From Myxococcota bacterium (lineage in GTDB: Bacteria; Myxococcota_A; UBA796; UBA2385): DNA of 64,000 nucleotides. The first letter of the stretch is position 1. Every line of letters starts with the position of its first letter. The notes below the pieces were generated by a model. It did no database searches. It was not told the DNA's origin and was given only the letters and a program-made list of their open reading frames with translations. The stretch is from positions 448,001-512,000 of the forward strand of contig JBIJDH010000003.1 in assembly GCA_044344255.1 (NCBI GenBank), read 5' to 3'. Shown here in pieces: positions 9,594-18,347 of this stretch. The position numbers and the translations under genes were made by a program.

Positions 9594-10769
9594 ATGACCG
9601 AGCCTGGAGCCGCCTTGGATCCTGAACTGAACGCCGCCGCCCTCCACCGGCTGCGCGCCGCGGTGCGGGGGGCGGCCCAGGGGCTCGTCGGCCGGGAGGC
9701 CCTGGTCGAGCTGGTGCTGCTGGGCGCCGTCGCCGGGGAGCACCTGCTCGTCGTGGGGCCGCCGGGCACGGGCAAGAGCGAGGCCCTCCGGCGGGTGGGG
9801 GCCGCCTTCGGGGGGCGGCGCTTCGAGTACTTGCTCGGCCGCTTCACCGAGCCCGCTGAGCTCTACGGGCCGGTCGACCTCCGGCGGCTGCGGGAGGGCG
9901 CGCTCGAGGTGGACACGACCGGCATGCTGCCCGAGGCCGACTTCGTCTTCCTCGACGAGCTCTTCCTTGGTTCTACCGCCATCTTGAACACGTTGCTCAC
10001 GGTGCTGAACGAGGGCCGCTTCCGGAAGGGGCGGACCGACCTCGCTGTGCCCCTCCGCCTCTGCGTCGCGGCCTGCAACGAGCTCCCCGACGACCCTGCC
10101 CTCGCGGCGCTGGCCGATCGGTTCCTGCTCCGCGCCTTCGTCCACCCGCTCCCCGACGCGCGCTTGGAGGAGCTCCTCGAGAGCGCCGACACCCCGGTGC
10201 CCGTCGGCGGGGCCTCGCTCGCCGATCTCGACCGGCTGCGAGCGGCGGCGCGGGGGGTCGATTTGCGGTCTTGCCGCCCGACGATGGCCCTCATCCTCCG
10301 GGCGCTGCGGTCGGGGGGACTGACCCTCTCCGATCGCCGCGTCGTGCGGGCCCAGCGCCTCGTCGCCGCCGCTGCCGCGCTCGCCGGGCGTCAGGTGGCC
10401 TGTGGGTCCGATCTCTGGCCCCTTGTTGCGGTCGTTCCGACCGAGGCGGAGCAGCTCCGGGCGCGCAGCCTCCTCCGCGGTCTCCTCGCAGAAGCGGAGC
10501 ACCCCGTGTTGAGCGCCGCCGTGCTGGAGGCCTCGGACGGGCCCCTCGCCTGGGCGGGGCGGCTGATCGCGGAGCTTGACCCGCTGCTGGCCGGTGAGCC
10601 CGGGGGAGCGCGGGTCTCCGATCCGGCCCGGCGGGCGCGCCTCTTCGGCTGGCTCCGTGACGTCGACGTCGCCTTCGCGGCCGGGAGCAGGCCCGCGCGC
10701 CTCAGCGAGGCCCGGGCCCGTGCGGTGGCCGCCCTCGGGGAGACGCCCGGCCCGGCCCCCCAACCATGA
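9594..10769 (+). CDS. MoxR/RavA-type AAA+ ATPase of a ternary conflict system
   Basis: GEHLLVVGPPGTGKS, FEYLLGRFTEPAELYGP, FLDELF, AILNTLLTVLNE, ACNELP, DRFLLR, LSDRR. Confidence 0.9.
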   Translation: MTEPGAALDPELNAAALHRLRAAVRGAAQGLVGREALVELVLLGAVAGEHLLVVGPPGTGKSEALRRVGAAFGGRRFEYLLGRFTEPAELYGPVDLRRLREGALEVDTTGMLPEADFVFLDELFLGSTAILNTLLTVLNEGRFRKGRTDLAVPLRLCVAACNELPDDPALAALADRFLLRAFVHPLPDARLEELLESADTPVPVGGASLADLDRLRAAARGVDLRSCRPTMALILRALRSGGLTLSDRRVVRAQRLVAAAAALAGRQVACGSDLWPLVAVVPTEAEQLRARSLLRGLLAEAEHPVLSAAVLEASDGPLAWAGRLIAELDPLLAGEPGGARVSDPARRARLFGWLRDVDVAFAAGSRPARLSEARARAVAALGETPGPAPQP

Positions 10770-11203
10770 ACTTGCGCGCTTCGGCGGGCTGGGTGCCCGC
10801 GCTCCCGCCCCGGGAGCCGGAGCTGGTGCTGGGGGAGGGTGCCGCTGCCCTCGCGCTCGGCTGGGCGGCGGTCGCCGCGCTCGAGCAGGGGGCGCGCTTC
10901 GCGGTGTGGTGCGAGCCCGCCGCTCTCTTGTTGAAGGCGCTGCCGCTCGCGAAGGACGCCCCCTCCAGCGCGCTCCCCTGGGTGGAGGGGGCGCGCTACT
11001 TCGGGAGGGCCGAGGAGGGGCTCCACCTCCCCACCCACTCCACACCACGGCTCCCGATCGCCCTCCTCGCGGCGCGCTGCGCCGCGCTTGGCCTCGCCTC
11101 GCCGGTCCTCGTCCTGCCCGAGGGGCGCCTCCTGAGCCTCGCCGCGCCACGGGCTTGCGAGGCGGCCGAGCTGCGGGCCCTCCTCACGGGGGGGCGCCTT
11201 TGA
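10766..11203 (+). CDS. bpX5-like protein (MoxR-vWA-beta-propeller ternary system)
   Basis: ATGA overlap with the ATPase; LPWVEGARYFGR...LHLPT...P.LPIALL resembles bpX5 as I recall it. Confidence 0.65.
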   Translation: MNLRASAGWVPALPPREPELVLGEGAAALALGWAAVAALEQGARFAVWCEPAALLLKALPLAKDAPSSALPWVEGARYFGRAEEGLHLPTHSTPRLPIALLAARCAALGLASPVLVLPEGRLLSLAAPRACEAAELRALLTGGRL

Positions 11204-12918
11204 GCGTCGTCGCGCGGATCCTGGAGCGCCACCTGCGGGCGCTCACTCCCCTCCAAGCGACGGTGCTGCGGCCGATCTGCCTGGCGCTGCTGGGCCCGCT
11301 CTGTCGTCTGGGCCGCGCGGCGGGGGCTGAGCGTGGCGCCCCGCAGGCCCTCGCCGGCCTCGGACGGCGTGGCTCGGTGGAGCGCCTCAGCCACGGTGAG
11401 TGGGCGTTACACGATGAGATCCCAGAGGAGTTTCTCCGCCGCTGGGGAGCCGACGAGCTGCTCTACCTCCGCTTGCTCGAAGAGGCGCCGCGCGCGCCGG
11501 GCCCGGTGGAGGTGTGGATCGACCAGGGCCCGGCCACGCTCGGAGGGGCACGGGTGGGGCTCGCCGCCGCCCTGCTCACCCTCGCTGCCGAAGCAGAGGC
11601 GACCGGCGCGGCCTTCGCCTGGGGCTCCCTCCAGGGGGGCCGGCTGCGCGTCGGGCTCTCCTGCGGCTGGTTGACCGAGCTCCTCGAGGAGCGCAGCTTG
11701 CGCGCTGCGCCGCACGAGGCTGGGGGTTCGGTGAGGGGGCACCCGTCCGTCGAGCGGGTCTGGCTCGGGGCGCCGCTCGCCCCGGGAGTGGGGGTGGCAA
11801 GCGGGGCCCGCCGGGTGGGCGCCACCTGCCTGACCGTCGGGGATGGGCGGGGACCCGACGCGGCGCTGCGCCTCGAGATCTCGAATGGCCAGCGGGGGAA
11901 GATAACCGTTACGGTTCCACTCTCGAGCGATACGGCACCCTTCCTGAGGGGGCACGCCAAGGGGCCGTCGGCGGTCGGCCCCGCTCGCGACACACGGTGG
12001 AAGATGACGGTGTTGCCGTTATTCTTCTTCAGTCCATCCGGAGCACGCCTCCTCCTCGTGGCGAGGGAGGGCGCTACGGCACAGGAGGCGGTGGCGTTGC
12101 CGGTGGGCGAGGAGCCCGGTGACGCCCGGAGGGTGCATCGCCGGAGCGTGGAGGGGGAGGTGCGGGCGCTCGGCTGGCTCCGCCAGCGGCTCGTGGTGCT
12201 CGTCGAGGGTGAGGACGGCATGCAGCACCTCGACGACGGTGGCAAGCTCCGCCTCGGGCTCGATCACCGGGCGCCGCGTCGTTCTCCCGTTGAGGCGCTC
12301 CACCGGGCGCCCGGGGAGGGTGGTGTCTTCTGCTCGCCGCCGCCGGGCGAGCTCCGCGACCTCACGCGCCCAGTCATGCCCACCTACACGCTGGCGATCG
12401 GGGGCCGGCCGGCGGTCGAGGTCGACCCAGGGGAGGTCCTCACGGCGACCGCCGATGGCCGGCGGATCACCCTCCGAGCCCAGGGAGACCGCCTGAGCCT
12501 CGGCCTGCCCGGCCTCAGCCCATCGCTCCGACCCGCTGCCCTCTCCCCCTCGGGCGATCCGCGGCCCATCCTGTTCTGCTGGCATGGGAGCGGTGAAGAG
12601 GGGCTGCGAGGGCGCTACGCGGTCGGCCCGGGCCGAGGTGCCGTGTCGTCCGGCAACCTGCCCTGGCCCGCTGGACCAGGTGTCCCGCGGGGCCTCGTCC
12701 GGATGGAGGGGGAGCCGCCGCGCGTCCTGGTCGACGGTCCGGACGGGCTCGTCTTGTGGGGGGAGGGGAGGGCGCCCATGCAGCTCAGCCACCGCGCCGT
12801 GCAGTCCTGCGCGGTCTCACCGCGGGGCGACTGTGTGGCGTGGCTCGAGGCCGATGGGGAGCTCATCCTCTACCATGTCCCCGAGCAGCGCATCATCGGT
12901 CGAACGGAGCGCGCCTGA
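11200..12918 (+). CDS. Divergent vWA-like component with C-terminal beta-rich region (ternary system)
   Basis: TTG start in a TTGA overlap; GLGRRGSVERLSHGEWALHDEIPEEFLRR, WIDQGPATLGGARV, FAWGSLQ. The ORF-track start at 10576 over-extends into upstream genes. Confidence 0.65.
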   Translation: MSVVARILERHLRALTPLQATVLRPICLALLGPLCRLGRAAGAERGAPQALAGLGRRGSVERLSHGEWALHDEIPEEFLRRWGADELLYLRLLEEAPRAPGPVEVWIDQGPATLGGARVGLAAALLTLAAEAEATGAAFAWGSLQGGRLRVGLSCGWLTELLEERSLRAAPHEAGGSVRGHPSVERVWLGAPLAPGVGVASGARRVGATCLTVGDGRGPDAALRLEISNGQRGKITVTVPLSSDTAPFLRGHAKGPSAVGPARDTRWKMTVLPLFFFSPSGARLLLVAREGATAQEAVALPVGEEPGDARRVHRRSVEGEVRALGWLRQRLVVLVEGEDGMQHLDDGGKLRLGLDHRAPRRSPVEALHRAPGEGGVFCSPPPGELRDLTRPVMPTYTLAIGGRPAVEVDPGEVLTATADGRRITLRAQGDRLSLGLPGLSPSLRPAALSPSGDPRPILFCWHGSGEEGLRGRYAVGPGRGAVSSGNLPWPAGPGVPRGLVRMEGEPPRVLVDGPDGLVLWGEGRAPMQLSHRAVQSCAVSPRGDCVAWLEADGELILYHVPEQRIIGRTERA

Positions 12919-15611
12919 GCCCGCCTCGGCCGCTTCGAGGCAGTCATCGCTGCGAGGGCCTCCTCGCCGAGCGGGGGGCGGCCGCGACGCTGGCCGAGGC
13001 GGTCCGGTCGGGAGACCTGCTCTACCGCTTGTCTGGCGATGATGGCGGTTGGATTTTGATCTTCGCTGAGCCGCGCCAGGCCCGCTCCGGGCGCGTCGGC
13101 CTCTGGCTGGTTCGGCGGTCCGGGGCGGGCTGGTCCTGCCTCGCGGAGGACCCCGAGGGTGGTGCAGCGGTCGCGGCGGGCGCGCTCGAGCGGGGCTGGG
13201 CGGGGCGGCGCTGGGTGGAGCCCTTGCCGGTCGAGCCGAGCCCGCTGTCGGCGCTGCTCGACTGGGAGGGCTGGAGCGTGGGCCGGCTCGAGGCCGTGGG
13301 GGAGATCGTCCCCGAGGCCCCGCTGCTCCCGGAGGGTGCGCTGCTCGGGCTGCGGGGGCGCCTCGGCCTGGCGGCGGGCGGCCCGGAGGTCGATGATGCG
13401 GCGGGGGAGAGTGACGCCCAGCGGGCTCGGCTCGGAGAGCTGCTCGCGGCCCTCGGCGGAGCGCTGCTCGGGGCCCTGCTGCGTTGGCGGTCGCCCACGT
13501 TCGCACGGCCAACGCTGGGACGGTCGGCAGAGAGGGTTCCGGCGCGGGTGGGGCCTCGCCTGCCGGCCTGGCTGTCGGCCGCCCTCTCCGCCCTGGCGGC
13601 GCTCTCGGGCTCGATCCTCGCGCTGCTGCTCAGCCCGATCGCCCTCTTCGGGACCGCCCTCGCGACCCTCTGGCCGGGGCGCTGGTGGCCGTCGGGGGGC
13701 TGGCCCGCCACCCTCCTCACCCTCCTCTCCCTGCTGCGCGGCCTCGGTGTCGGCCCGGTGGCCGCCCTGGCCCTGCTGATGCGGCGCGTCGAGGGCAGCG
13801 CCCTCCTGCTGGCCCTCCAGAGGGCGGTGCCGCTCGGCGGGCCGGCGGGCGCGCCGCCGAAGGGATGGGTCTTTGGCCGACGGCCCCGGGATTCGGCCCG
13901 CAGAGCGGCGGAGCTGGGCCTCCTCGCTCGGGTCTACCTCGACACCCACCGCCGGCTTGATCAGCAGGGTGAGGTGCACCGTGCGGCCTGGGTGCTGGCG
14001 CACCTCCTCGAGCGGCCCGAGGAGGCGGTGGACTATCTGGCGCGGCGCGCCGGACCGGGGGAGGCGGCCCCGCTCGCTGAGCTGCTCGGCCGCCCGGGGC
14101 CCGAGCTCGTCCGCCGCTGGTCGGAGGCGGGAGACCCCGAGCGCGCCCTCCGGTTGGGGCTGCTGCGCGGCACCCTGACCGAGCTCCCACCGGCCGTCGC
14201 CCTCGGGTGGGCCGCCCACCGCATGGAGCTGGGGGACGGCGTGGGGGCCCTCGCGGTCGCCTGGCCTCACCGCGCCCTCTCTCCCGGCCTCCTCCTCGGC
14301 TGGTCCGAGGCGCTGGCGGCGAGTGAGGGGCCGGCGTCGGCGCATGGTTACTGCTGCGCCTTGTTGCTCGATCCCGAGGGTCCGCTTGCGGCGGAGGCCG
14401 AGCGGTCCGCGCGGCTGAAGGGTGGCCCCGTGGCGCGGCGCTCGCTGGCCGAGGCCGCGGTGGTGCGGCAGCCCCTGCCGATGCCGCTGGTCGAGCCGCT
14501 GCTGCGCGCCCTCCTCGTCGACCTCGGCGGAGGGGACCTGCTGGCGCGGCCGGCCCTTCAAGGCCTCCTCGCCGCGGCGCCTCCCGCGGCCTTCGACCTC
14601 CTGCGCCAGGATTTGCCCCCGCTCCGTCCGGAGCCAGGCGCAGCCCTCTTCCACCCGGCCGCGCAGAGGAGGCCGCTGGTGCGAGGTGCCCCCATCGCGG
14701 GGGCGGACGCGTGGGTCGCGCCGCCGGTGATGGGGCCGCTCGGCGTGCTGGACGCGGCGTGGACAGCGGGGGATGGCCTCTTCGAGGCGCTCGGCCACAG
14801 CCTCCGCGTCCGGCGACCCGGCGCGGGGCCGCGGCTCATCGTCGTCCCAGCCGACAAGCTGCTCACGGGCAGTGGGTTCTCCCTGCTGCTCGGGCCCGCG
14901 GGCCGAGGCGGGGGTGTCGCCGTGTCCACCTTCGGCGCCGACGGCCGCTTACGGCCCCGGGGGGCGCTGCCGTGGGCCACGCTGGGGGAAGGGCCCGTGG
15001 GGCTGATCCTGGCCGAGGGGCTCTGGCTCGCCGCGGCCCCGGACGGGCTGATGCTGCTCGTGCCCGAGGGCGATCGGCTCCGCAGCCTGTGGCGGAGCGG
15101 TCCGCTGCACGTGGGCGGCGCGCCGGCCTCCGTCCGCGCGCTCGAGGCCCGAGGCGCGCTCGTCCGCGCGCTCTTGGTAGACGGGCGGGGTCGGCAGAGC
15201 CGATGGACCTGGGACCGCGCCGCCGGGCTCCGCGTCCTCGAACGGCTCCGACTCGAACCTGCGCTCCCGCACAGCTTGGCGGGGCTCGACGGTGATGTGG
15301 TTTGGGAGTCCGCCCCCTCCGGAGAGCGGGTCAGTCACAGCGGGTTGGTCGAGCGGCTGCCGGCGCGGCCCGGTCGCCTCCTGCTCCGTCGGGGAGACCG
15401 ACAACATCGCTGGGCGAGCGACGAGCAGGCGCTCCTGGTCTCCGACCGGAAGAAGACCCATCGCCTGCGCTTTCCGGGGGTGAGCGAGCCGCCGCGGCTC
15501 CGCGAGGCACCCGACGGCGCCGTGCTCCTGCTCGATGCCTTCGGGAGGAGCTTTCGCCTGCTGCCCGAGCGAGGCGCGGCCGAGCTGCTCTCCGGGGACG
15601 GCACCGTCTGA
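12915..15611 (+). CDS. bpX6-like large protein with helical-repeat core and beta-propeller-like C-terminus (ternary system)
   Basis: Probable CTG start in a CTGA overlap; [43 protein letters not shown]. Confidence 0.6.
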   Translation: MSPPRPLRGSHRCEGLLAERGAAATLAEAVRSGDLLYRLSGDDGGWILIFAEPRQARSGRVGLWLVRRSGAGWSCLAEDPEGGAAVAAGALERGWAGRRWVEPLPVEPSPLSALLDWEGWSVGRLEAVGEIVPEAPLLPEGALLGLRGRLGLAAGGPEVDDAAGESDAQRARLGELLAALGGALLGALLRWRSPTFARPTLGRSAERVPARVGPRLPAWLSAALSALAALSGSILALLLSPIALFGTALATLWPGRWWPSGGWPATLLTLLSLLRGLGVGPVAALALLMRRVEGSALLLALQRAVPLGGPAGAPPKGWVFGRRPRDSARRAAELGLLARVYLDTHRRLDQQGEVHRAAWVLAHLLERPEEAVDYLARRAGPGEAAPLAELLGRPGPELVRRWSEAGDPERALRLGLLRGTLTELPPAVALGWAAHRMELGDGVGALAVAWPHRALSPGLLLGWSEALAASEGPASAHGYCCALLLDPEGPLAAEAERSARLKGGPVARRSLAEAAVVRQPLPMPLVEPLLRALLVDLGGGDLLARPALQGLLAAAPPAAFDLLRQDLPPLRPEPGAALFHPAAQRRPLVRGAPIAGADAWVAPPVMGPLGVLDAAWTAGDGLFEALGHSLRVRRPGAGPRLIVVPADKLLTGSGFSLLLGPAGRGGGVAVSTFGADGRLRPRGALPWATLGEGPVGLILAEGLWLAAAPDGLMLLVPEGDRLRSLWRSGPLHVGGAPASVRALEARGALVRALLVDGRGRQSRWTWDRAAGLRVLERLRLEPALPHSLAGLDGDVVWESAPSGERVSHSGLVERLPARPGRLLLRRGDRQHRWASDEQALLVSDRKKTHRLRFPGVSEPPRLREAPDGAVLLLDAFGRSFRLLPERGAAELLSGDGTV

Positions 15612-15663
15612 CCCTCCGCCCAGCCCCGGTCGCCGTGGGCTACGCTCGCCCACGGGAGCGCCG

Positions 15664-15918
15664 ATGACCCTGGAACAGCCCAAGAACCCGCTGCACGGAC
15701 TGACCCTCGCCACCATCGTGGAGACCCTGGTGGCCCACTACGGATGGGAGGAGCTCGGCCGGCAGGTGCGGATCCAGTGCTTCACGAACGAGCCGAGCGT
15801 CACTTCCAGCTTGAAGTTCTTACGAAAGACCCCATGGGCGCGGGAGAAGGTGGAGAGCTTCTACCTCTGGCACACCCGTGAGCAGCGGCGGCTGGCGCGC
15901 GCGCAGCCGGCGGAGTGA
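15664..15918 (+). CDS. VF530/DUF2132 family small DNA-binding protein
   Basis: [45 protein letters not shown]. Confidence 0.9.
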   Translation: MTLEQPKNPLHGLTLATIVETLVAHYGWEELGRQVRIQCFTNEPSVTSSLKFLRKTPWAREKVESFYLWHTREQRRLARAQPAE

Positions 15919-15921
15919 CCC

Positions 15922-16578
15922 GTGCTGGGTGATCCGCTCGCCGCCTCCCCGAGGGACGTGGAGGAGACCCTCCCCCCTCGCCTGATCCGCATGGCCGTGG
16001 CCTTCACGGTCACGATGAGCGCCTGTAACGCCATCGGCACGGCGCTCTCTCCCTGGCTGCTCGTCGAGCACCCCCTCGTGCTGGTGGCGCTGGCCCCCGA
16101 GATCCGCCACATGGTGCTCGCGGTGGGGACGGTCGACTTCTGGGTGCTCCTCGTCGTCGGCGCGGCGCGGCGCGTGCTGAGCATGTTGTCCTCCTACGGC
16201 ATCGCCGCCGTCTATGGCGTCGTGGCGATCCGCTGGCTCGAGGGGCGGTGGCCGCGGGTGGGCCGCGTCGCGCGCTGGCTGGATCGGGCGATGCGGCGGC
16301 GCGGTCCGCTGCTCCTGCTGATCGTGCCCTCCTACACGATGTCGGTGATGGCCGGCTTCTCCCGCTACCCGCTCCGCAACTTCCTCGCGGTCACCGCGGT
16401 GGGCCAGCTCTGGATGGTGGCGGTCTACCTGCTCGTCGGCGAGTCGATCCTCGGCTGGACCGCGCCCCTCCTCGGCTGGCTCCGGGGCCACGTCTGGGAG
16501 TGCACCGCCGCCACCGTCACGGTGGTGGGCATCCAGCAGGGCGTGAGCCAGTGGCGCAAGCGCCGCCGGGCAGGCTGA
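15922..16578 (+). CDS. DedA/VTT-like membrane protein
   Basis: Multiple TM segments; SVMAGFSRYPLRNFLAVTAVGQLWM resembles the DedA/SNARE-associated motif. Confidence 0.55.
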   Translation: MLGDPLAASPRDVEETLPPRLIRMAVAFTVTMSACNAIGTALSPWLLVEHPLVLVALAPEIRHMVLAVGTVDFWVLLVVGAARRVLSMLSSYGIAAVYGVVAIRWLEGRWPRVGRVARWLDRAMRRRGPLLLLIVPSYTMSVMAGFSRYPLRNFLAVTAVGQLWMVAVYLLVGESILGWTAPLLGWLRGHVWECTAATVTVVGIQQGVSQWRKRRRAG

Positions 16579-16605
16579 CCGCGGTCCGTCACTCCCCGGT
16601 GAGCC

Positions 16606-18240
16606 TCAGTCCCAGGAGAGGGTCAGGGTCTCGCCGGGCGCGGCGGCCTCCGCCTCGGCCACGCTCCCGTCGGGCCAGGTGACGGTGAAGCTGTCGATCT
16701 GTTGGGCGGCGCCCACGCCGAAGTAGAGCTCGGGGGCGTTGGAGCCGAAGGTCACCGAGGGCAGCATCCACTGGGTCACCCGCCGCTCGCCGATCTGGGC
16801 CTCGACCTTGGCGCCGATCGCCGTCCGGTTCAAGCCCTTCCCCTCGAGGAGCACGCGCACGCCGGCGCCGCAGCCGCCCCCGGTGCGCCACTGGCGCATG
16901 AAGTACTTGCCGGCGGTGAGGAGGTCGGGGGTGCCGTCTCGGTCAAAGTCGCCGACCGCGAGGCCGCGCTTACGCTCGCCGTCGTTCCAGCCCACTTCCG
17001 GCCGCTCGAAGGTGCCCGAGGCGGTGCCGGTGAGCAGGACGTCGTACTGGACCTCACCGTCCTCCATGCCCGCCGTGCCGTCCACTGAGCCGATGAGCTC
17101 GGGCTGGCCGAGCTGGCCGTAGACGGTGGCGATGTCCATGTAGCTGTCCTGGTTGATGTCGAGGAAGGTGGTCGACCAGGAGGTGAGGCTCGTGGGCTCC
17201 GGCGGGATGTCGGCGCCGAGCGCGAGGGTGGCGTCGGCGAAGGTGCCGTCACCGAGGTTGATCTGGAGCTTCGCGCCTCCGATGTTCGTGCTGTAGAGGT
17301 CTGGCAGGCCGTCTTCGTTGGCGTCGCCCACCGCGGCGCCCATCGCGTACTGCACGAGCTCACAGGCGCAGTCGGCGTCGCGGGTGAAGTGGGCGGTCCC
17401 GTCGTTGCGCAGCATGCGGTTGGGCTGGATGTACGGCCCCCAGTCATGGGCGAGGTAGATGTCGAGGTCGCCATCGAGATCGTAGTCGATGGGGGAGCCC
17501 TGGAAGGTCCAGCCGAACATGTCCTCGGGCGGAGCCTGGTCGGTGGCGTCGGCGTAGGCGCCGTCGGGCTGGCGGAGGAAGAGCTGGTCTCCCTCGCCGC
17601 TCGTGACCGTGCCGTCGGCCACCGCGGCGCCATCGGAGTCGGTGACCGTGGCGCCCACGAAGAGGTCGAGGTCGAGGTCACCGTCGAAGTCCGCGAAGGC
17701 GCCCGTCATGGTGGCCTTGGTCGCGTTCGGCAGGGTGACGCTCGTGAAGTGGCCGTCGCCGTCGTTCGTGAGGATCTCGGCCAACCACCCGCGGTCGCGG
17801 CCGAGGTAGAGGTCGAGGTCTCCGTCCGCGTCGAGGTCGGCCAAGGCGGCGCTCTGCGCGCTCGGCAGGGGGCCTCCGTTGTCGGTCATCGAGGGGTCGA
17901 GGATGAGGTCGCCGTCGCCGTCGTTGCGGAGGCCGATGGCGCCTCCGCCGTAGGCGAGGACGGCGTCGAGCCAGCCGTCGCCGTCCACGTCGCCCACCGC
18001 GATGCCCTGCTGCGTGTGGCGGTGGTCGTACAGGATCGGCAGCACCTCCTGCGGGAAGTCGTTCTGCAGGGTCATCGTGGTGGGGGTGCAGACGCGCGGT
18101 TCGCCTACGCTGGTGTCGCTGCCGCCGCCGTCTTCACCGCCGGAGTCTGGCGGGCCGTCGCCGCCATCGGCGCCCTTGCCGAGGTCGGAGGGGCCGGCGC
18201 AGGCGAGCAGCAGGAGGGTGACCGGGGTGAGGCGGGCCAT
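16606..18240 (-). CDS. CRTAC1-like FG-GAP repeat lipoprotein with C-terminal ASPIC/UnbV domain
   Basis: Lipobox LLAC; repeated DxDxDGxxD Ca-binding blades; NRTAIGAKV...ELYFGVG...VTWPDG. Confidence 0.85.
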   Translation of the reverse strand: MARLTPVTLLLLACAGPSDLGKGADGGDGPPDSGGEDGGGSDTSVGEPRVCTPTTMTLQNDFPQEVLPILYDHRHTQQGIAVGDVDGDGWLDAVLAYGGGAIGLRNDGDGDLILDPSMTDNGGPLPSAQSAALADLDADGDLDLYLGRDRGWLAEILTNDGDGHFTSVTLPNATKATMTGAFADFDGDLDLDLFVGATVTDSDGAAVADGTVTSGEGDQLFLRQPDGAYADATDQAPPEDMFGWTFQGSPIDYDLDGDLDIYLAHDWGPYIQPNRMLRNDGTAHFTRDADCACELVQYAMGAAVGDANEDGLPDLYSTNIGGAKLQINLGDGTFADATLALGADIPPEPTSLTSWSTTFLDINQDSYMDIATVYGQLGQPELIGSVDGTAGMEDGEVQYDVLLTGTASGTFERPEVGWNDGERKRGLAVGDFDRDGTPDLLTAGKYFMRQWRTGGGCGAGVRVLLEGKGLNRTAIGAKVEAQIGERRVTQWMLPSVTFGSNAPELYFGVGAAQQIDSFTVTWPDGSVAEAEAAAPGETLTLSWD

Positions 18241-18288
18241 GGGGGGGACAATACCCGAGTCGAGGGCGGGTTGGACCTCGTCCCGCTG

Positions 18289-18338
18289 GGTCAAGCCGAT
18301 TGTCATGTGAAGGTCAAGTTCGGGTCAAGTCGAGGTAC
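18289..18338. promoter_or_regulatory. Direct-repeat array (GGTCAAG-like, 11-12 bp period) in the divergent promoter region
   Basis: GGTCAAG at 18289, TGTCATG at 18301, GGTCAAG at 18312 and 18323, degenerate GGTAC at 18334. Confidence 0.55.
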
Positions 18339-18347
18339 TATCCCCCG

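Noticed and set aside
10576..11199. N-terminal extension of the vWA-like ternary gene
   Set aside because: Overlaps two real genes; recognisable sequence begins at TTG 11200.
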